A stretch of DNA of 64,000 nt from an uncultured bacterium (GCA_963813815.1 CAWFAD010000011.1:160001-224000); one strand, 5' to 3'; shown: positions 43,126 through 52,742, numbered from the stretch's first letter. Made by a program: numbers and translations. Notes: a model not told the origin generated them from the letters alone.

Positions 43126-43708
43126 TCACGCCGGCTTGCGCAGCGGGATAAGGGGCCGGATGGCGTTACCGAGATAATATCCGAGATGTATCGTCACCAT
43201 CGAGATGAGCGACGCGGCGACCGCGTCGGTGAGAAGGTACGATCGAATTTCCGCCCAACCGTCCGTGCCCCAGGTTCCGTCGCGGAGAACGAACGCGGCC
43301 AGAATCGCGAAGATCGCATACGATACGTAGACGATGACCGGCGCGGCTAGGGTCCTCTGCAACGCGCTGCAATCAAGGCGTCCTTTGAACGTCGAGTAGG
43401 CGATATCGAAAACGATCCCGTTGATCATCACCGCGGCGACCTGGCAGGGAAAGAAATTGTCTGGAGGCGGTCTTGAACAGGCCGGCGATGATCGCCATGA
43501 TGACGACCGAGCCGGGGAAATGGACCACGCGCTTGGATGCGTAAAGGATAATGATGCCGAGCCCGTAGAGCAGGGCCGATTTGTGCTCCACCCCCACGGC
43601 GCGCAAAGCGTCCCGTCCGAAAAGCTCCAGCATGCCGAATACCGCCCCGAACATGAGCACGAACAGGAGCTTCCTCAAGGCCTGCCGCGGCGCCTCGAGC
43701 GCCCGCAT
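43126..43708 (-). pseudogene. Multi-TM membrane protein resembling ECF S-components, frameshift near 43462
   Basis: FGAVFGMLE...PGSVVIMAIIAGLFK continues as NFFPCQVAAVMINGIVFD in another frame; about 195 aa, 5-6 TMs. Confidence 0.55.
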
Positions 43709-43843
43709 CTTTATTGTCCGGCACTCGCCACCTCCGAAAATCGACCGTCAGAGCTCAAGCCAATTGTCGCAATAATAGCACAATCTCCCTTTGCGTAAAG
43801 AAAAATTAAGCTATGTCTTACAAGGGGATCAGCCGGATCGATA

Positions 43844-46135
43844 TCAGCGAAGCAAAATCATTTTCTTCGCGAACGTCCGTTTGCCGACGGTGAGCCGGTA
43901 GAAATAAACCCCCGACGACGCCGTCCTCCCGTCGCCGTCCCGACCGTCCCACTCGATCAGGTGATGCCCCGCGCCAACCGGCTCGTCGACGAGGCGAGCC
44001 ACGAGACGCCCCCCGATGTCGTACACATCAAGGCGCACATGATCGCGAGCCTCGATAGCAAATCCGATCGAAGTCCGGGGATTGAACGGGTTCGGAACGT
44101 TTTGATCGAGCGCGAGCCGCGCGGCGAGGGTTCGCACCGTCATCTCGGTCGAGCGGATCTCCCGCCCGTCCGACGTCACGGCCGCGATGACGTAGAGGTA
44201 GTCCCGCCCGGGCTCGATCGAGCGGTCGTCGTAGCTTCGCGCCTGCGGAAGAAGGAGGACGGATGTGATGCACGAAAATTCTTCCCCGGGCGTCGAGCGA
44301 TAAATCCGAAAACCGTCGAGCGCCTCGTCCGCGAACGTCTCCCAGCGAAGCGCCACGACGCCATCCATCGCATCCGCCGCGACCGTGGCGAAGGCGACGG
44401 CAACGGGAATGTACTCTCCGAATTGCAGACCGAGACTGCTCCCGTTCCCCGCGGACAAACCGACGAAGTCCTCATTCGGCACGGAAACTGCGAGCTCGCC
44501 GGATGCGCTCCTTCCCCATGCCACGATGGTGCCGTCAGCTTTAAGACCGATACTGTGGTACGATCCCGCGGAGATTGCGGCGAAATTATTATTCGGCCAA
44601 GGAACGCTGCATTGACCCACGGCATTATCGCCCCATGCCACGATTGTGCCATCACGCTTGAGCCCGAGGCTATGATTCGCCCCGCCAGAAACGGAAACAA
44701 AATTCGCGTTCGGACCGGGAACGTCGCACTGACCGTAATCGTTGCGCCCCCAAGCCGCGATGGTGCCGCCACTCCTCAAGCCCAGGCTGTGAGAGAGGCC
44801 CGCGGAAATCGCCACGAAACCCTCGTTCGGCAACGGAATTGTGCACTGACCATCGTAATTCAATCCCCAGGCCACAATCGTGCCATCGGACTTTAAGCCC
44901 AAGCAGTGATAGACGCCCGCGCCAACCGCCACGAAACCCTCGTTCGGCAACGGGACCTCGCACTGATGATAGTAACTATTCCCCCATACCCGAATTTTGC
45001 CGTCAGACCCAAGACCCATGCTGATTTCCGATCCGCAGTCAACCGCGACGTACCACGCCGTCCCGCCGCTCAGCGGCCAAGGGACGTTGCATTCGCCATT
45101 GGGATTGTCGCCCCAGGCGATGAGCCTGCCGTCGTACTTGAGACCCAAAAAGTGGTAAGTCCCGCACGCAACCGCTCTGAAACCCTCGTTCGGCGCGGGA
45201 ACATTGCACTGACCATAGTCATTGAGCCCCCAGCACACGACGGAGCCGCTCGATTTGAGTCCGAGGCAATGAGCATCTCCTCCTGAGATCGCGATGAAAT
45301 TCTCATTCGGCTCAGGAACGCTGCACTGGCCGTAGGCATTGTAGCCCCAGGCCACAATTACGCCGTCGGACCTTAAGGCCATGCAGTGAAGGGCGCCCGC
45401 GGAAATCGCCACGAATTTCTCGTTCGGCGCGGGAACGTCGCACTCGCCGTAAGTGTTGCTTCCCCACACCACAATCGTCCCATCCGACTTGAGACCCATG
45501 CTGAAATGTCCGCCCGCGGCAATCGCTACGAAATTCTCGTTCGGCAACGGGACCGTGCATTGACCATAATAAGTTTCTCCCCACGCCACAATCGTCCCAT
45601 CCGACTTGAGACCAAGGCTGTGCCACGATCCCCCGTCAATCGCTACAAAATCCTCGTTCGGCAACGGGGCCGTGCATTGACCATAATAATTTTCTCCCCA
45701 TCCCACAATCGTCCCATCCGACTTGAGACCCAGGCTGTGAAAAAAGCCCGTAGAAACCGCAACAAAATTCTCGTTCGGCGCAGGAACGTCGCACTGGCCG
45801 TAATAGTTGCTTCCCCACGCCACAATCGTCCCATCCAACTTGAGACCCAGATTGTGCCTACTGCCCGCGGCGATCGTCGCAAAATCTTCGCCCGGCAACG
45901 GGGCGGTGCATAAGCTGCGCATTCCCCACCCCACAAGCGATCCGTCGGATTTGAAACAGATGCTGTGAGATCCGCCGGCGGCGATCGCCGTTATCCCTTC
46001 GAGAGCCGATTGCTCCACCGCAATACGACGACCCCAGCCGACGATACCCCCTCCGACCTGAGCGAATGCGCCGCCGATGCCGAGCATGGAAACCGAGACA
46101 ACGACCAAGCCCAAGAAAACGCATTTCGATCTCAT
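43844..46135 (-). CDS. Secreted RCC1/BLIP-II-like beta-propeller repeat protein with C-terminal FlgD/T9SS-like domain
   Basis: Signal peptide; 14 repeats of AG..HSLGLKSDGTIVAWG.N.YGQC; LDQNVPNPFNP...SGVYFYRL...KKMILLR. Confidence 0.9.
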   Translation of the reverse strand: MRSKCVFLGLVVVSVSMLGIGGAFAQVGGGIVGWGRRIAVEQSALEGITAIAAGGSHSICFKSDGSLVGWGMRSLCTAPLPGEDFATIAAGSRHNLGLKLDGTIVAWGSNYYGQCDVPAPNENFVAVSTGFFHSLGLKSDGTIVGWGENYYGQCTAPLPNEDFVAIDGGSWHSLGLKSDGTIVAWGETYYGQCTVPLPNENFVAIAAGGHFSMGLKSDGTIVVWGSNTYGECDVPAPNEKFVAISAGALHCMALRSDGVIVAWGYNAYGQCSVPEPNENFIAISGGDAHCLGLKSSGSVVCWGLNDYGQCNVPAPNEGFRAVACGTYHFLGLKYDGRLIAWGDNPNGECNVPWPLSGGTAWYVAVDCGSEISMGLGSDGKIRVWGNSYYHQCEVPLPNEGFVAVGAGVYHCLGLKSDGTIVAWGLNYDGQCTIPLPNEGFVAISAGLSHSLGLRSGGTIAAWGRNDYGQCDVPGPNANFVSVSGGANHSLGLKRDGTIVAWGDNAVGQCSVPWPNNNFAAISAGSYHSIGLKADGTIVAWGRSASGELAVSVPNEDFVGLSAGNGSSLGLQFGEYIPVAVAFATVAADAMDGVVALRWETFADEALDGFRIYRSTPGEEFSCITSVLLLPQARSYDDRSIEPGRDYLYVIAAVTSDGREIRSTEMTVRTLAARLALDQNVPNPFNPRTSIGFAIEARDHVRLDVYDIGGRLVARLVDEPVGAGHHLIEWDGRDGDGRTASSGVYFYRLTVGKRTFAKKMILLR
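44420..45994 (-). repeat. Intragenic tandem 117-bp (39-aa) repeats
   Basis: ACAATCGTCCCATCC recurs at 45471, 45588, 45705 and 45822 (period 117). Confidence 0.9.
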
Positions 46136-46256
46136 CTTTACCACCTCTTTGTCCCCATCGCCGCCGAATGGCTGCAAATCAGGGTCGCGCCGGCGCAAAA
46201 CGGCCGAAGCGAAACGTCTCCCTCGCAATAATTATTTGATTGAGCAACCCGTAGTT

Positions 46257-46285
46257 AGTTTATCAGATTCGGCGCAGATTATCAA
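46257..46285 (-). promoter_or_regulatory. Sigma70-type promoter of RCC1-repeat gene
   Basis: TTGATA-N17-TAAACT with TG extended -10 on minus strand. Confidence 0.55.
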
Positions 46286-46372
46286 TCTATAACGCCGCAT
46301 GAGAAGGACGACGCCAATAGCACTCCGAAGACGAGGTGGCCCCCGCCAAAGACGGGCAAGCGATTGAAAAAA

Positions 46373-46449
46373 TGGTGCCCCCGAGACGATTCGAACGTCC
46401 GACAAACGGTTTAGGAAACCGCTGCTCTATCCATCTGAGCTACGGGGGC
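46373..46449 (-). tRNA. tRNA-Arg(CCT)
   Basis: GCCCCCGTAGCTCAG...GCGGT-TTCCTAA-ACCGT...GTTCGAATC...CGGGGGCACCA. Confidence 0.96.
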
Positions 46450-46493
46450 ACATCTTTCAACGCGCGGCCGCGCGGGGCCGCTCCGATCCGACA

Positions 46494-47012
46494 CTAGAAC
46501 CGGAGCAGGCTCCAGACGCTCCGCCCCGGAAGATTCTTCCTGCCCTCGAGAGCCGCGAGCTCGATCACGAACGCGAGCTCCTCGACGACCCCTCCCTGGC
46601 GCTCGATGAGACGCGCCGCGGCCGCCGCGGTTCCGCCCGTCGCCAGCAAATCGTCGACGATGAGGACCCGCTCTCCGGCGGAGATCGCGTCGACGTGCAT
46701 TTCGATCGTCGCGTCGCCGTACTCCAGGGCGTACGTCTCCGCTATCGTCCGCCAGGGGAGCTTTCCCGCCTTGCGGAGCGGAACGAGCCCCATCCCCAGC
46801 CGGTACGCGAGAGGCGCGGCGAATATGAAGCCCCTCGATTCCATCGCGGCGATCTTGTCTATCCGGCGGCCCCTGAAGCGATCGTGCAGCTCGTCGCAGA
46901 TCCGCTGGAAGGCTCCGGGATCGAGGAGTGCCGGAGTTATGTCCTTGAAGACGATCCCCGGTTTCGGGAAATCCGGCACATCCCGTATGTAGCGATCGAG
47001 CGGTTCGGGCAC
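46494..47012 (-). CDS. apt: Adenine phosphoribosyltransferase
   Basis: DFPKPGIVFKDIT, ESRGF, RKAGKLP, YALEYG, VDDLLATGGT. Confidence 0.96.
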   Translation of the reverse strand: MPEPLDRYIRDVPDFPKPGIVFKDITPALLDPGAFQRICDELHDRFRGRRIDKIAAMESRGFIFAAPLAYRLGMGLVPLRKAGKLPWRTIAETYALEYGDATIEMHVDAISAGERVLIVDDLLATGGTAAAAARLIERQGGVVEELAFVIELAALEGRKNLPGRSVWSLLRF

Positions 47013-47014
47013 CG

Positions 47015-47860
47015 TCACTCCTTTCGGCCGGGCTTCGATCTCCGGCCGCTGGTCAGCAGAAGCCTCAGCTTTCGCAACGCGCGCAGCTCGAGCTTGCGGA
47101 CCCGCTCGCGCGAGACGTGAACCAGGGCCCCCGTCTCGGCGAGGGTATGCGGCTCTCCGTCGTAGAGGCCGTACCTGATTCTCAGTATGAGCCGCTCGCG
47201 GTCGGAGAGGCGTTCGAGAAGCTTCTCGAGATTCTCCGACTCTATCTGGCGCAGAACGACCTGCTCCGGCCCGTCGAATTGCCCTTCCGCGGCGGGGGCG
47301 GAGCGCGAGAACTGTTCGTACGCGTCGAGGCTGCTCGCCAGATCGAGCGCCCGGATGTTCCCCACGAGCCTCTCGAGCATCCGGTACCGCTTGAGCGAAA
47401 TATTGAGCTTCCCGGCCCGCTCGCTCTCCGAGAGGCGCTCGATCCCCGGCTCCTGCTCGAGCGCTATGTAGCGCATCGTCAGATGAAACACGTGGATCGG
47501 TATGCGGATCGTGCGCGACTGCTCCGCTATCGCCCGCACGATCGACTGCCGGATCCACCAGGAGGCATAGGTGCTGAAACGGAACCCCCTGTCCGGATCG
47601 AAACGGCTCACGGCCTTGATGAGCCCGAGATTTCCCTCCTCGACGAGGTCGAGGAGCGGCATTCCCGAGGAGGAATACCCGCGCGCTATGGCGATCACGA
47701 GCCTCAGGTTCGCGAGAATGAGGCGCTTGCGCGCCTCGGCGTCCCCTTCGCGCGCGGCGCGCGCCAGCGCGAACTCCTCCGGGGCCGTGAGCAGCGGATA
47801 GCGCCCGATATCGGCGAGGTACCGCTGCTCGAGGCTGCCGCTCTCCCCATTCGCCGTCAT
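47015..47860 (-). CDS. RpoS-like group 2 sigma70 factor
   Basis: NLRLVIAIAR, DLVEEGNLGLIKA, FSTYASWWIRQ, SRERVR; no region 1.1; follows surE-pcm-nlpD-like genes. Confidence 0.9.
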   Translation of the reverse strand: MTANGESGSLEQRYLADIGRYPLLTAPEEFALARAAREGDAEARKRLILANLRLVIAIARGYSSSGMPLLDLVEEGNLGLIKAVSRFDPDRGFRFSTYASWWIRQSIVRAIAEQSRTIRIPIHVFHLTMRYIALEQEPGIERLSESERAGKLNISLKRYRMLERLVGNIRALDLASSLDAYEQFSRSAPAAEGQFDGPEQVVLRQIESENLEKLLERLSDRERLILRIRYGLYDGEPHTLAETGALVHVSRERVRKLELRALRKLRLLLTSGRRSKPGRKE

Positions 47861-47870
47861 GCACCTATTA

Positions 47871-48446
47871 TTACGGCGAATGAGTCGCCGAATCAAGGCA
47901 AAGGTGCGGCGACGGATCGATTGCGCGCCCCAGATGCCGGACCTCGAAATGGAGATGGACCCCGCTCGCCCTTCCCCGCTTCCCCGCCCGGCCGATTCTC
48001 TCCCCCGCCGATATCCCCTGTCCCGCGCGCACCGTGAGGTACGATAGATGCGCATAGAGGGTCGAAACGCCGTCCGGATGATCGATGATCACGGCGGTGC
48101 CGTATCCGCGCCGCCGTCCGGCGAAGCGAACCGTTCCTGCGCAGGCGGCGTATATTGCCTCACCCCGCTCCGCGTCGATATCCACGCCCTCGTGCGGCCG
48201 CCCTCCGCCTCCGGAGGATCGCGGCCGGTATCCGAAGCCGCTCACGATCCTATCGCACCGCCAGCCCTTGACGGGAGGGCTCAGGGCTATGGAGATCGCC
48301 CGAGCCGAATCGCCTGCCGTCGCCCGCGCGGCCGCTGCGCCGCTCTCCGGCATTGCGCGGCCCCCGGGGCGATACTTCGGCGCGCTCGCGCACGAGAGGG
48401 CGCACGCGAGAGCCGCCGCCAGCGCGGCGGCCGCTCCGAGGCGCAT
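47871..48446 (-). CDS. M23 family peptidase lipoprotein (NlpD-like)
   Basis: Lipobox ALS-C, HEGVD, LYAHL, HLHFEVR. Confidence 0.88.
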   Translation of the reverse strand: MRLGAAAALAAALACALSCASAPKYRPGGRAMPESGAAAARATAGDSARAISIALSPPVKGWRCDRIVSGFGYRPRSSGGGGRPHEGVDIDAERGEAIYAACAGTVRFAGRRRGYGTAVIIDHPDGVSTLYAHLSYLTVRAGQGISAGERIGRAGKRGRASGVHLHFEVRHLGRAIDPSPHLCLDSATHSP

Positions 48447-48545
48447 ACGGGACGCCGAGACAAGGGCGTTCCCTCGATCGGCGCGCTCCGAAAAGTGCCG
48501 TGCGTTCACCGTGCTTGCCTATCCCGGATTACCGAAGAAGATAAA

Positions 48546-48623
48546 TGGTCGGGGCGAGTGGAGTTGAACCACCGACCTCCTGGTCCCGAACCAGGCGCGC
48601 TAACCGGGCTGCGCTACGCCCCG
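48546..48623 (-). tRNA. tRNA-Pro(CGG)
   Basis: CGGGGCGTAGCGCAG...CCTGG-TTCGGGA-CCAGG...CGCCCCGACCA. Confidence 0.97.
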
Positions 48624-48662
48624 ACCTGCAGGGTGTTAAGATAACACGCGGGCGCCCCAATC

Positions 48663-49172
48663 TCAACGGAATTTATCGAGGCCGCCGAAGAGGAACGCGC
48701 TCGAGATGACTCCGAGGCAAACGAGCGTCACGATGACGGCTGCGATGAGGATGCCGAGGGCGATCGACGGTATCGCGAGCCTCATTGGAATGCGGAAAAT
48801 AAAGGCCGCGATGCACCCCGACCATGCCCCCGTGAGGGGCAGCGGCACGCCGACGAAGAGGGCGAGGCCGATCGCTTCGAATCGCTCGATGACGGCGCTC
48901 CGACTCTTCGTCCGGTTGAAGGCCCAGGTGAAACAGCGGTTCCAAAACGGATAGCGCATGAGCCGGTGAGAGAAATATTCGAGGAAAAGGAGAAACGGGA
49001 TCACCGGGATGAAGTTCCCGATGATCGCGATCACGACCGCCTCGCGCCACGGCATCTTCGCGGCGAATATCGCGTACGGAATGGCGAGACGCAGCTCGCC
49101 GATCGGCGTCATCGCATAGAGCAGCGTCAGTATCCTCTGCGACGCGATGGAGAGCGCGAGAAACGTCGGCAT
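48663..49172 (-). CDS. Putative small multi-drug export family membrane protein (COG2426)
   Basis: PIGELRLAIP, GNFIPV, LFVGVPLPLTGAWSG. Confidence 0.85.
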   Translation of the reverse strand: MPTFLALSIASQRILTLLYAMTPIGELRLAIPYAIFAAKMPWREAVVIAIIGNFIPVIPFLLFLEYFSHRLMRYPFWNRCFTWAFNRTKSRSAVIERFEAIGLALFVGVPLPLTGAWSGCIAAFIFRIPMRLAIPSIALGILIAAVIVTLVCLGVISSAFLFGGLDKFR

Positions 49173-49814
49173 CTAGGCGTCTCCCTTTAGCAGCGGCACG
49201 AAGGCGCACCTCGCGATGCGCCGTTCGGTCGTCGCGCCGTTCTCCTTGACGAAGAGCACGAGATACTCGGCGCTTTCCCCGATCGGCGCGATGAGCCGCC
49301 CCCCCTCGGCGAGCTGATCGAGGAGATGCTCCGGACGCTCGCCCATCGAAGCCGACACGAGGATGCGGTCGAACGGGGCGTAGCTCTTCCATCCGAGCGA
49401 GCCGTCGCCGAGCTTGACGCGGATGCTCCCCGCCGGAATCCGCGCGAGCGATTCCTCGGCCTTGGCGAGGAGGGGCTCTATGCGCTCGATCGAAAAGACG
49501 TCCCGCGCGAGTTGGGCGAGAATCGCCGTCTGGTAGCCCGAGCCGGTGCCGATTTCCAGCACGCGGCTCTCGCGGGCGATGCCGAGCGCCTGCACGACGA
49601 AGGCGATCGTATACGGCTGGGAGATCGTCTGCTCGTACCCGATGGGAAACGAGCAGTCGTCGTAGGCACGGATGCCGAGAGCCGTGTCGACGAAGGCGTG
49701 GCGTGGCACGGCGAGGAACGCCTCGAGCACGCGCTCGTCCGTGATCCCGCGGGCGACGAGCTGCTCGGCCACCATGCGGCGACGCGCTATGGGATAATCC
49801 GTCACCGGTTCCAT
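49173..49814 (-). CDS. pcm: Protein-L-isoaspartate O-methyltransferase
   Basis: VPRHAFV, QTISQP, VLEIGTGSGYQTA, APFDRI. Confidence 0.95.
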   Translation of the reverse strand: MEPVTDYPIARRRMVAEQLVARGITDERVLEAFLAVPRHAFVDTALGIRAYDDCSFPIGYEQTISQPYTIAFVVQALGIARESRVLEIGTGSGYQTAILAQLARDVFSIERIEPLLAKAEESLARIPAGSIRVKLGDGSLGWKSYAPFDRILVSASMGERPEHLLDQLAEGGRLIAPIGESAEYLVLFVKENGATTERRIARCAFVPLLKGDA

Positions 49815-50566
49815 GCCCCTTCGAGCTCCTCGAGCGCCTGCATCCCCTGGTAGTCCGTGAGGTCGATGCGGAGCGGCGTCACCGACACGAAGCCGGCGCT
49901 CACGGCCGCGAAATCGCTGTTTGCCTCCGTGCTCCAGCCGGGCTCTCCCCCGCCGATCCAGAAGTAGTCCTTGCCGCGCGGGTCCTTTTTCCGAACGATG
50001 ATGTCGTTGTACACGCGCGAGCCGAGCTTGGTGACCTTGATCCCCTTGATGTCCGAGCTCGCTATGGCCGGCACATTGACGTTCCACAACGCCGTGCGCT
50101 CCCCCCTCCATGCGAGCAAGCGGCGGGCGAGCGTCTCCGCCGCGGCCGAAGCGCCGTCGAATTGCAGCTGCGTCCACGAGACCAGCGATACGGCCATCGC
50201 GGTGATGCCGAGGATGCATCCTTCGAGCGCGGCCGCGACCGTGCCCGAGTAGTGCACGTCCTCCCCCATGTTCGGCCCGTGATTGATTCCGGAAACGACG
50301 AGATCCGGTTTGCGATCCAGAATGCTGTGAACCGCCGCGAGCACGCAGTCGGTGGGGGTTCCGGAAACGGTGTAACGGTTCGCGGCGAATTCCTTGATGC
50401 GAAGGGGCTTGTCGAGCGTTATCGCGTGGCTCGAAGCGCTCTGCTCGAGCTCCGGGGCGACGATGACGATCCGTCCGAGGCGCTCGAGGGCCCGTTCGAG
50501 CGAGCGCAGCCCCTCGGCGGCGATGCCGTCGTCGTTTGTGAGCAATATCGTGGGGCCGTCGCTCAT
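49802..50566 (-). CDS. surE: 5'/3'-nucleotidase SurE
   Basis: LLTNDDG, SGTPTDC, SGINHGPN, YSGTVAAA. Confidence 0.96.
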   Translation of the reverse strand: MSDGPTILLTNDDGIAAEGLRSLERALERLGRIVIVAPELEQSASSHAITLDKPLRIKEFAANRYTVSGTPTDCVLAAVHSILDRKPDLVVSGINHGPNMGEDVHYSGTVAAALEGCILGITAMAVSLVSWTQLQFDGASAAAETLARRLLAWRGERTALWNVNVPAIASSDIKGIKVTKLGSRVYNDIIVRKKDPRGKDYFWIGGGEPGWSTEANSDFAAVSAGFVSVTPLRIDLTDYQGMQALEELEGAWNR

Positions 50567-50603
50567 GCGATCCTCCGCTCCGCGCGAATGGGAAGAGGGG
50601 AGA

Positions 50604-51281
50604 TTACCAGAAGAAGCTCCGGAAAACCAGCGATAAGAAGCGGATCGTGTCCCGCGCGGGATGAATCGCGCTTCGCTCGCTTCCGTAAATCGTTCTCACC
50701 GGCACCGACGAGATGCGGGCGCCGGCCCGGCTCGCCTTGATGATGAGCTCGCTCTCGATCTCGTACCGGTTCGTCACGAGGCGGATCCGGCGGAGGAGAG
50801 CGCAGGCGGCGAGCCGGTAGCCGTTTTGCGTGTCGGAAACCCGCTGCCCCGCGATGGAACCGATCACGAACGAGGTGACCCGGTTCGTAAGGACGCGGAT
50901 GGCGGGCATCTCCCCCTTCGCTCCCATGCGATCGCCGATCAAGAGCTCTCCCTCGCCCCGGTCGAAGGCCTCGACGAAGCGGGGCACCTCGGCCGGATCG
51001 TGCTGCCCGTCGGCGTCGAGCATGACGATCGCGACGACCCCCGGCAGCGACAGGGCCGTCTCGAGACCGGTCCGCAGCGCGGCCCCCTTCCCCCGGTTCG
51101 ACGGATGCCGCACGACGACTACCCCCGAGCGCGCGGCGACCGAGGCGGTATCGTCGCTCGATCCGTCGTCGACGACGACGATGTTGCGCACGGGAATGTT
51201 GACGGCGAGGCCGCCGAGGACCTCCGCGACGTGAAGAGCGGCGTTATAGGCCGGCACGACGGCCGCTATGCGATCATACAT
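50604..51281 (-). CDS. Glycosyltransferase family 2 (DPM synthase-like)
   Basis: VPAYNA, VDDGSSD, NRGKGAAL, DADGQH, DTQNGYR. Confidence 0.9.
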   Translation of the reverse strand: MYDRIAAVVPAYNAALHVAEVLGGLAVNIPVRNIVVVDDGSSDDTASVAARSGVVVVRHPSNRGKGAALRTGLETALSLPGVVAIVMLDADGQHDPAEVPRFVEAFDRGEGELLIGDRMGAKGEMPAIRVLTNRVTSFVIGSIAGQRVSDTQNGYRLAACALLRRIRLVTNRYEIESELIIKASRAGARISSVPVRTIYGSERSAIHPARDTIRFLSLVFRSFFW

Positions 51282-52116
51282 GCTCCGGCTCCTCCCAGAC
51301 GTGATCGAAGGCGAACCACTGGTCGGGATGCGCGCGGACGAACTCTTCGACGCGATCGAGGCAGGAGGCGGCGATCGCCTCGATCGATCGGGGGGGATCC
51401 CCCGTTTCGACGGGAGGGCCGATGATCCCCTCGATACGCCCGTCGGCCGCGTAATATGAGCAGCACGGCAAGAGCGGCGCTCCCGTCCGGAGCGCGAGGA
51501 CCACGTGTCCCCGCGGCACGAGCGTCTCCTCGCCGAGGAAGCTCAGACGGAGCCCTCGGTGCGAGAAATTTCTGTCGACCAGGAGGACGATCGGCTCCCC
51601 TCCCGCGAGCGCCTGAAGGAAGTTGACGGCGCAGGAGCTCGACGAGTAATCGACGACGCCCCAGGCGGCGCGCAGGGCGCTGAAGTAGAGCGTCACGCGC
51701 CTCGACGGATGCTCGAGGGCCACCGTGCTGATCCGGTAGCCGAGACTCGCGAAACGGGCCGCCGCGATCTCCCACGGGCCGAGATGCGGCGCGAAGAGGA
51801 TGGCTCCCTTGCCTCCGGCGAGCGCCCTGTCGAGGTGCTCGACGCCGCGTATGGCGCAGCGGCCGACGAGATCCTCGGGATCGAGGTGCGGCATCCGGAG
51901 GAGATCCCTCACGGCCCGCGAGAAGTTCCTGAACACGGGCCAGGTGTCGGGGGGGTCGATGCCGAGCCGCTCGAAGTTTCGTGCGACGTTTCGGCGCACG
52001 CGAGGCCTCGCCGCGTAGAAGCAGAACGCGATGCCGGTGGCGAGCGGCGCGGAAATGCGGTCGGGAACGACTCGAAGAAGCGCGGAAGCGGATCGATATA
52101 GGAGGTACGATATCAT
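51274..52116 (-). CDS. Lysophospholipid/lipid A (LpxL-like) acyltransferase
   Basis: HLGPWE, LLVDR, FLGEE, HPDQW. Confidence 0.85.
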   Translation of the reverse strand: MISYLLYRSASALLRVVPDRISAPLATGIAFCFYAARPRVRRNVARNFERLGIDPPDTWPVFRNFSRAVRDLLRMPHLDPEDLVGRCAIRGVEHLDRALAGGKGAILFAPHLGPWEIAAARFASLGYRISTVALEHPSRRVTLYFSALRAAWGVVDYSSSSCAVNFLQALAGGEPIVLLVDRNFSHRGLRLSFLGEETLVPRGHVVLALRTGAPLLPCCSYYAADGRIEGIIGPPVETGDPPRSIEAIAASCLDRVEEFVRAHPDQWFAFDHVWEEPEHV

Positions 52117-52133
52117 GTGACTATATAAATTAT

Positions 52134-52210
<77 letters not shown>

Positions 52211-52322
52211 ACCGCGGAATACAATATCACTCATTTTTCGATGAATACAAGGGAAAAGTGCCCACGTGGCGCCCATTCGCACGCATTCCGGGCCGGCCGC
52301 CGGGCGCGGTGGAGAACCTCGC

Positions 52323-52688
52323 TCAGAGCGACTCGACGAGCTCGCGCAGGCGGACGAGATCCTTCCGCATCGACGAGATAACCCGTCGCTTTTCCGGATC
52401 GGCGAAGGGAATGCTGAGCTGCTCCGCTATCACATTGGGATCGTTGTTGAACTCCCGCAGCTTCCGCTTGGCGCCGTCGATGGTGAATCTCTTCTCGTAG
52501 AGCAGATTCTGAATGGCCATGAGCAGCTTGATGTCGCCGAGCCGGTACACCCTGTTTCCAGCTCTGTTCTTCTTCGGGTTGAGGGCCGGAAACTGGGATT
52601 CCCAGTACCGGAGAACGTGCGGCTTCACCTTGAGGAGGCCGCTCACCTCCCCGATCGAGTAATACAGCTTTTGCGTCGCCTTTGCCAT
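52323..52688 (-). CDS. MerR family transcriptional regulator
   Basis: YYSIGEVS...HVLRYWE...RAGNRVY; upstream of tRNA-Pro(GGG). Confidence 0.92.
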   Translation of the reverse strand: MAKATQKLYYSIGEVSGLLKVKPHVLRYWESQFPALNPKKNRAGNRVYRLGDIKLLMAIQNLLYEKRFTIDGAKRKLREFNNDPNVIAEQLSIPFADPEKRRVISSMRKDLVRLRELVESL

Positions 52689-52742
52689 AGCCCCATCTCC
52701 CCCGGCGCCGGGCCGCGATGAGCTCCTCGACGCCTCGAATCG

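Noticed and set aside
43725..43843. Moco/Wco riboswitch upstream of the AOR operon
   Set aside because: Short AT-rich promoter-like spacer with no recognisable riboswitch stems; cmscan with RF01055 would settle it
44420..45994. 117-bp periodic repeats as CRISPR array or DGR variable region
   Set aside because: Repeats are in-frame protein repeats without unique spacers; no non-coding template copy or RT seen
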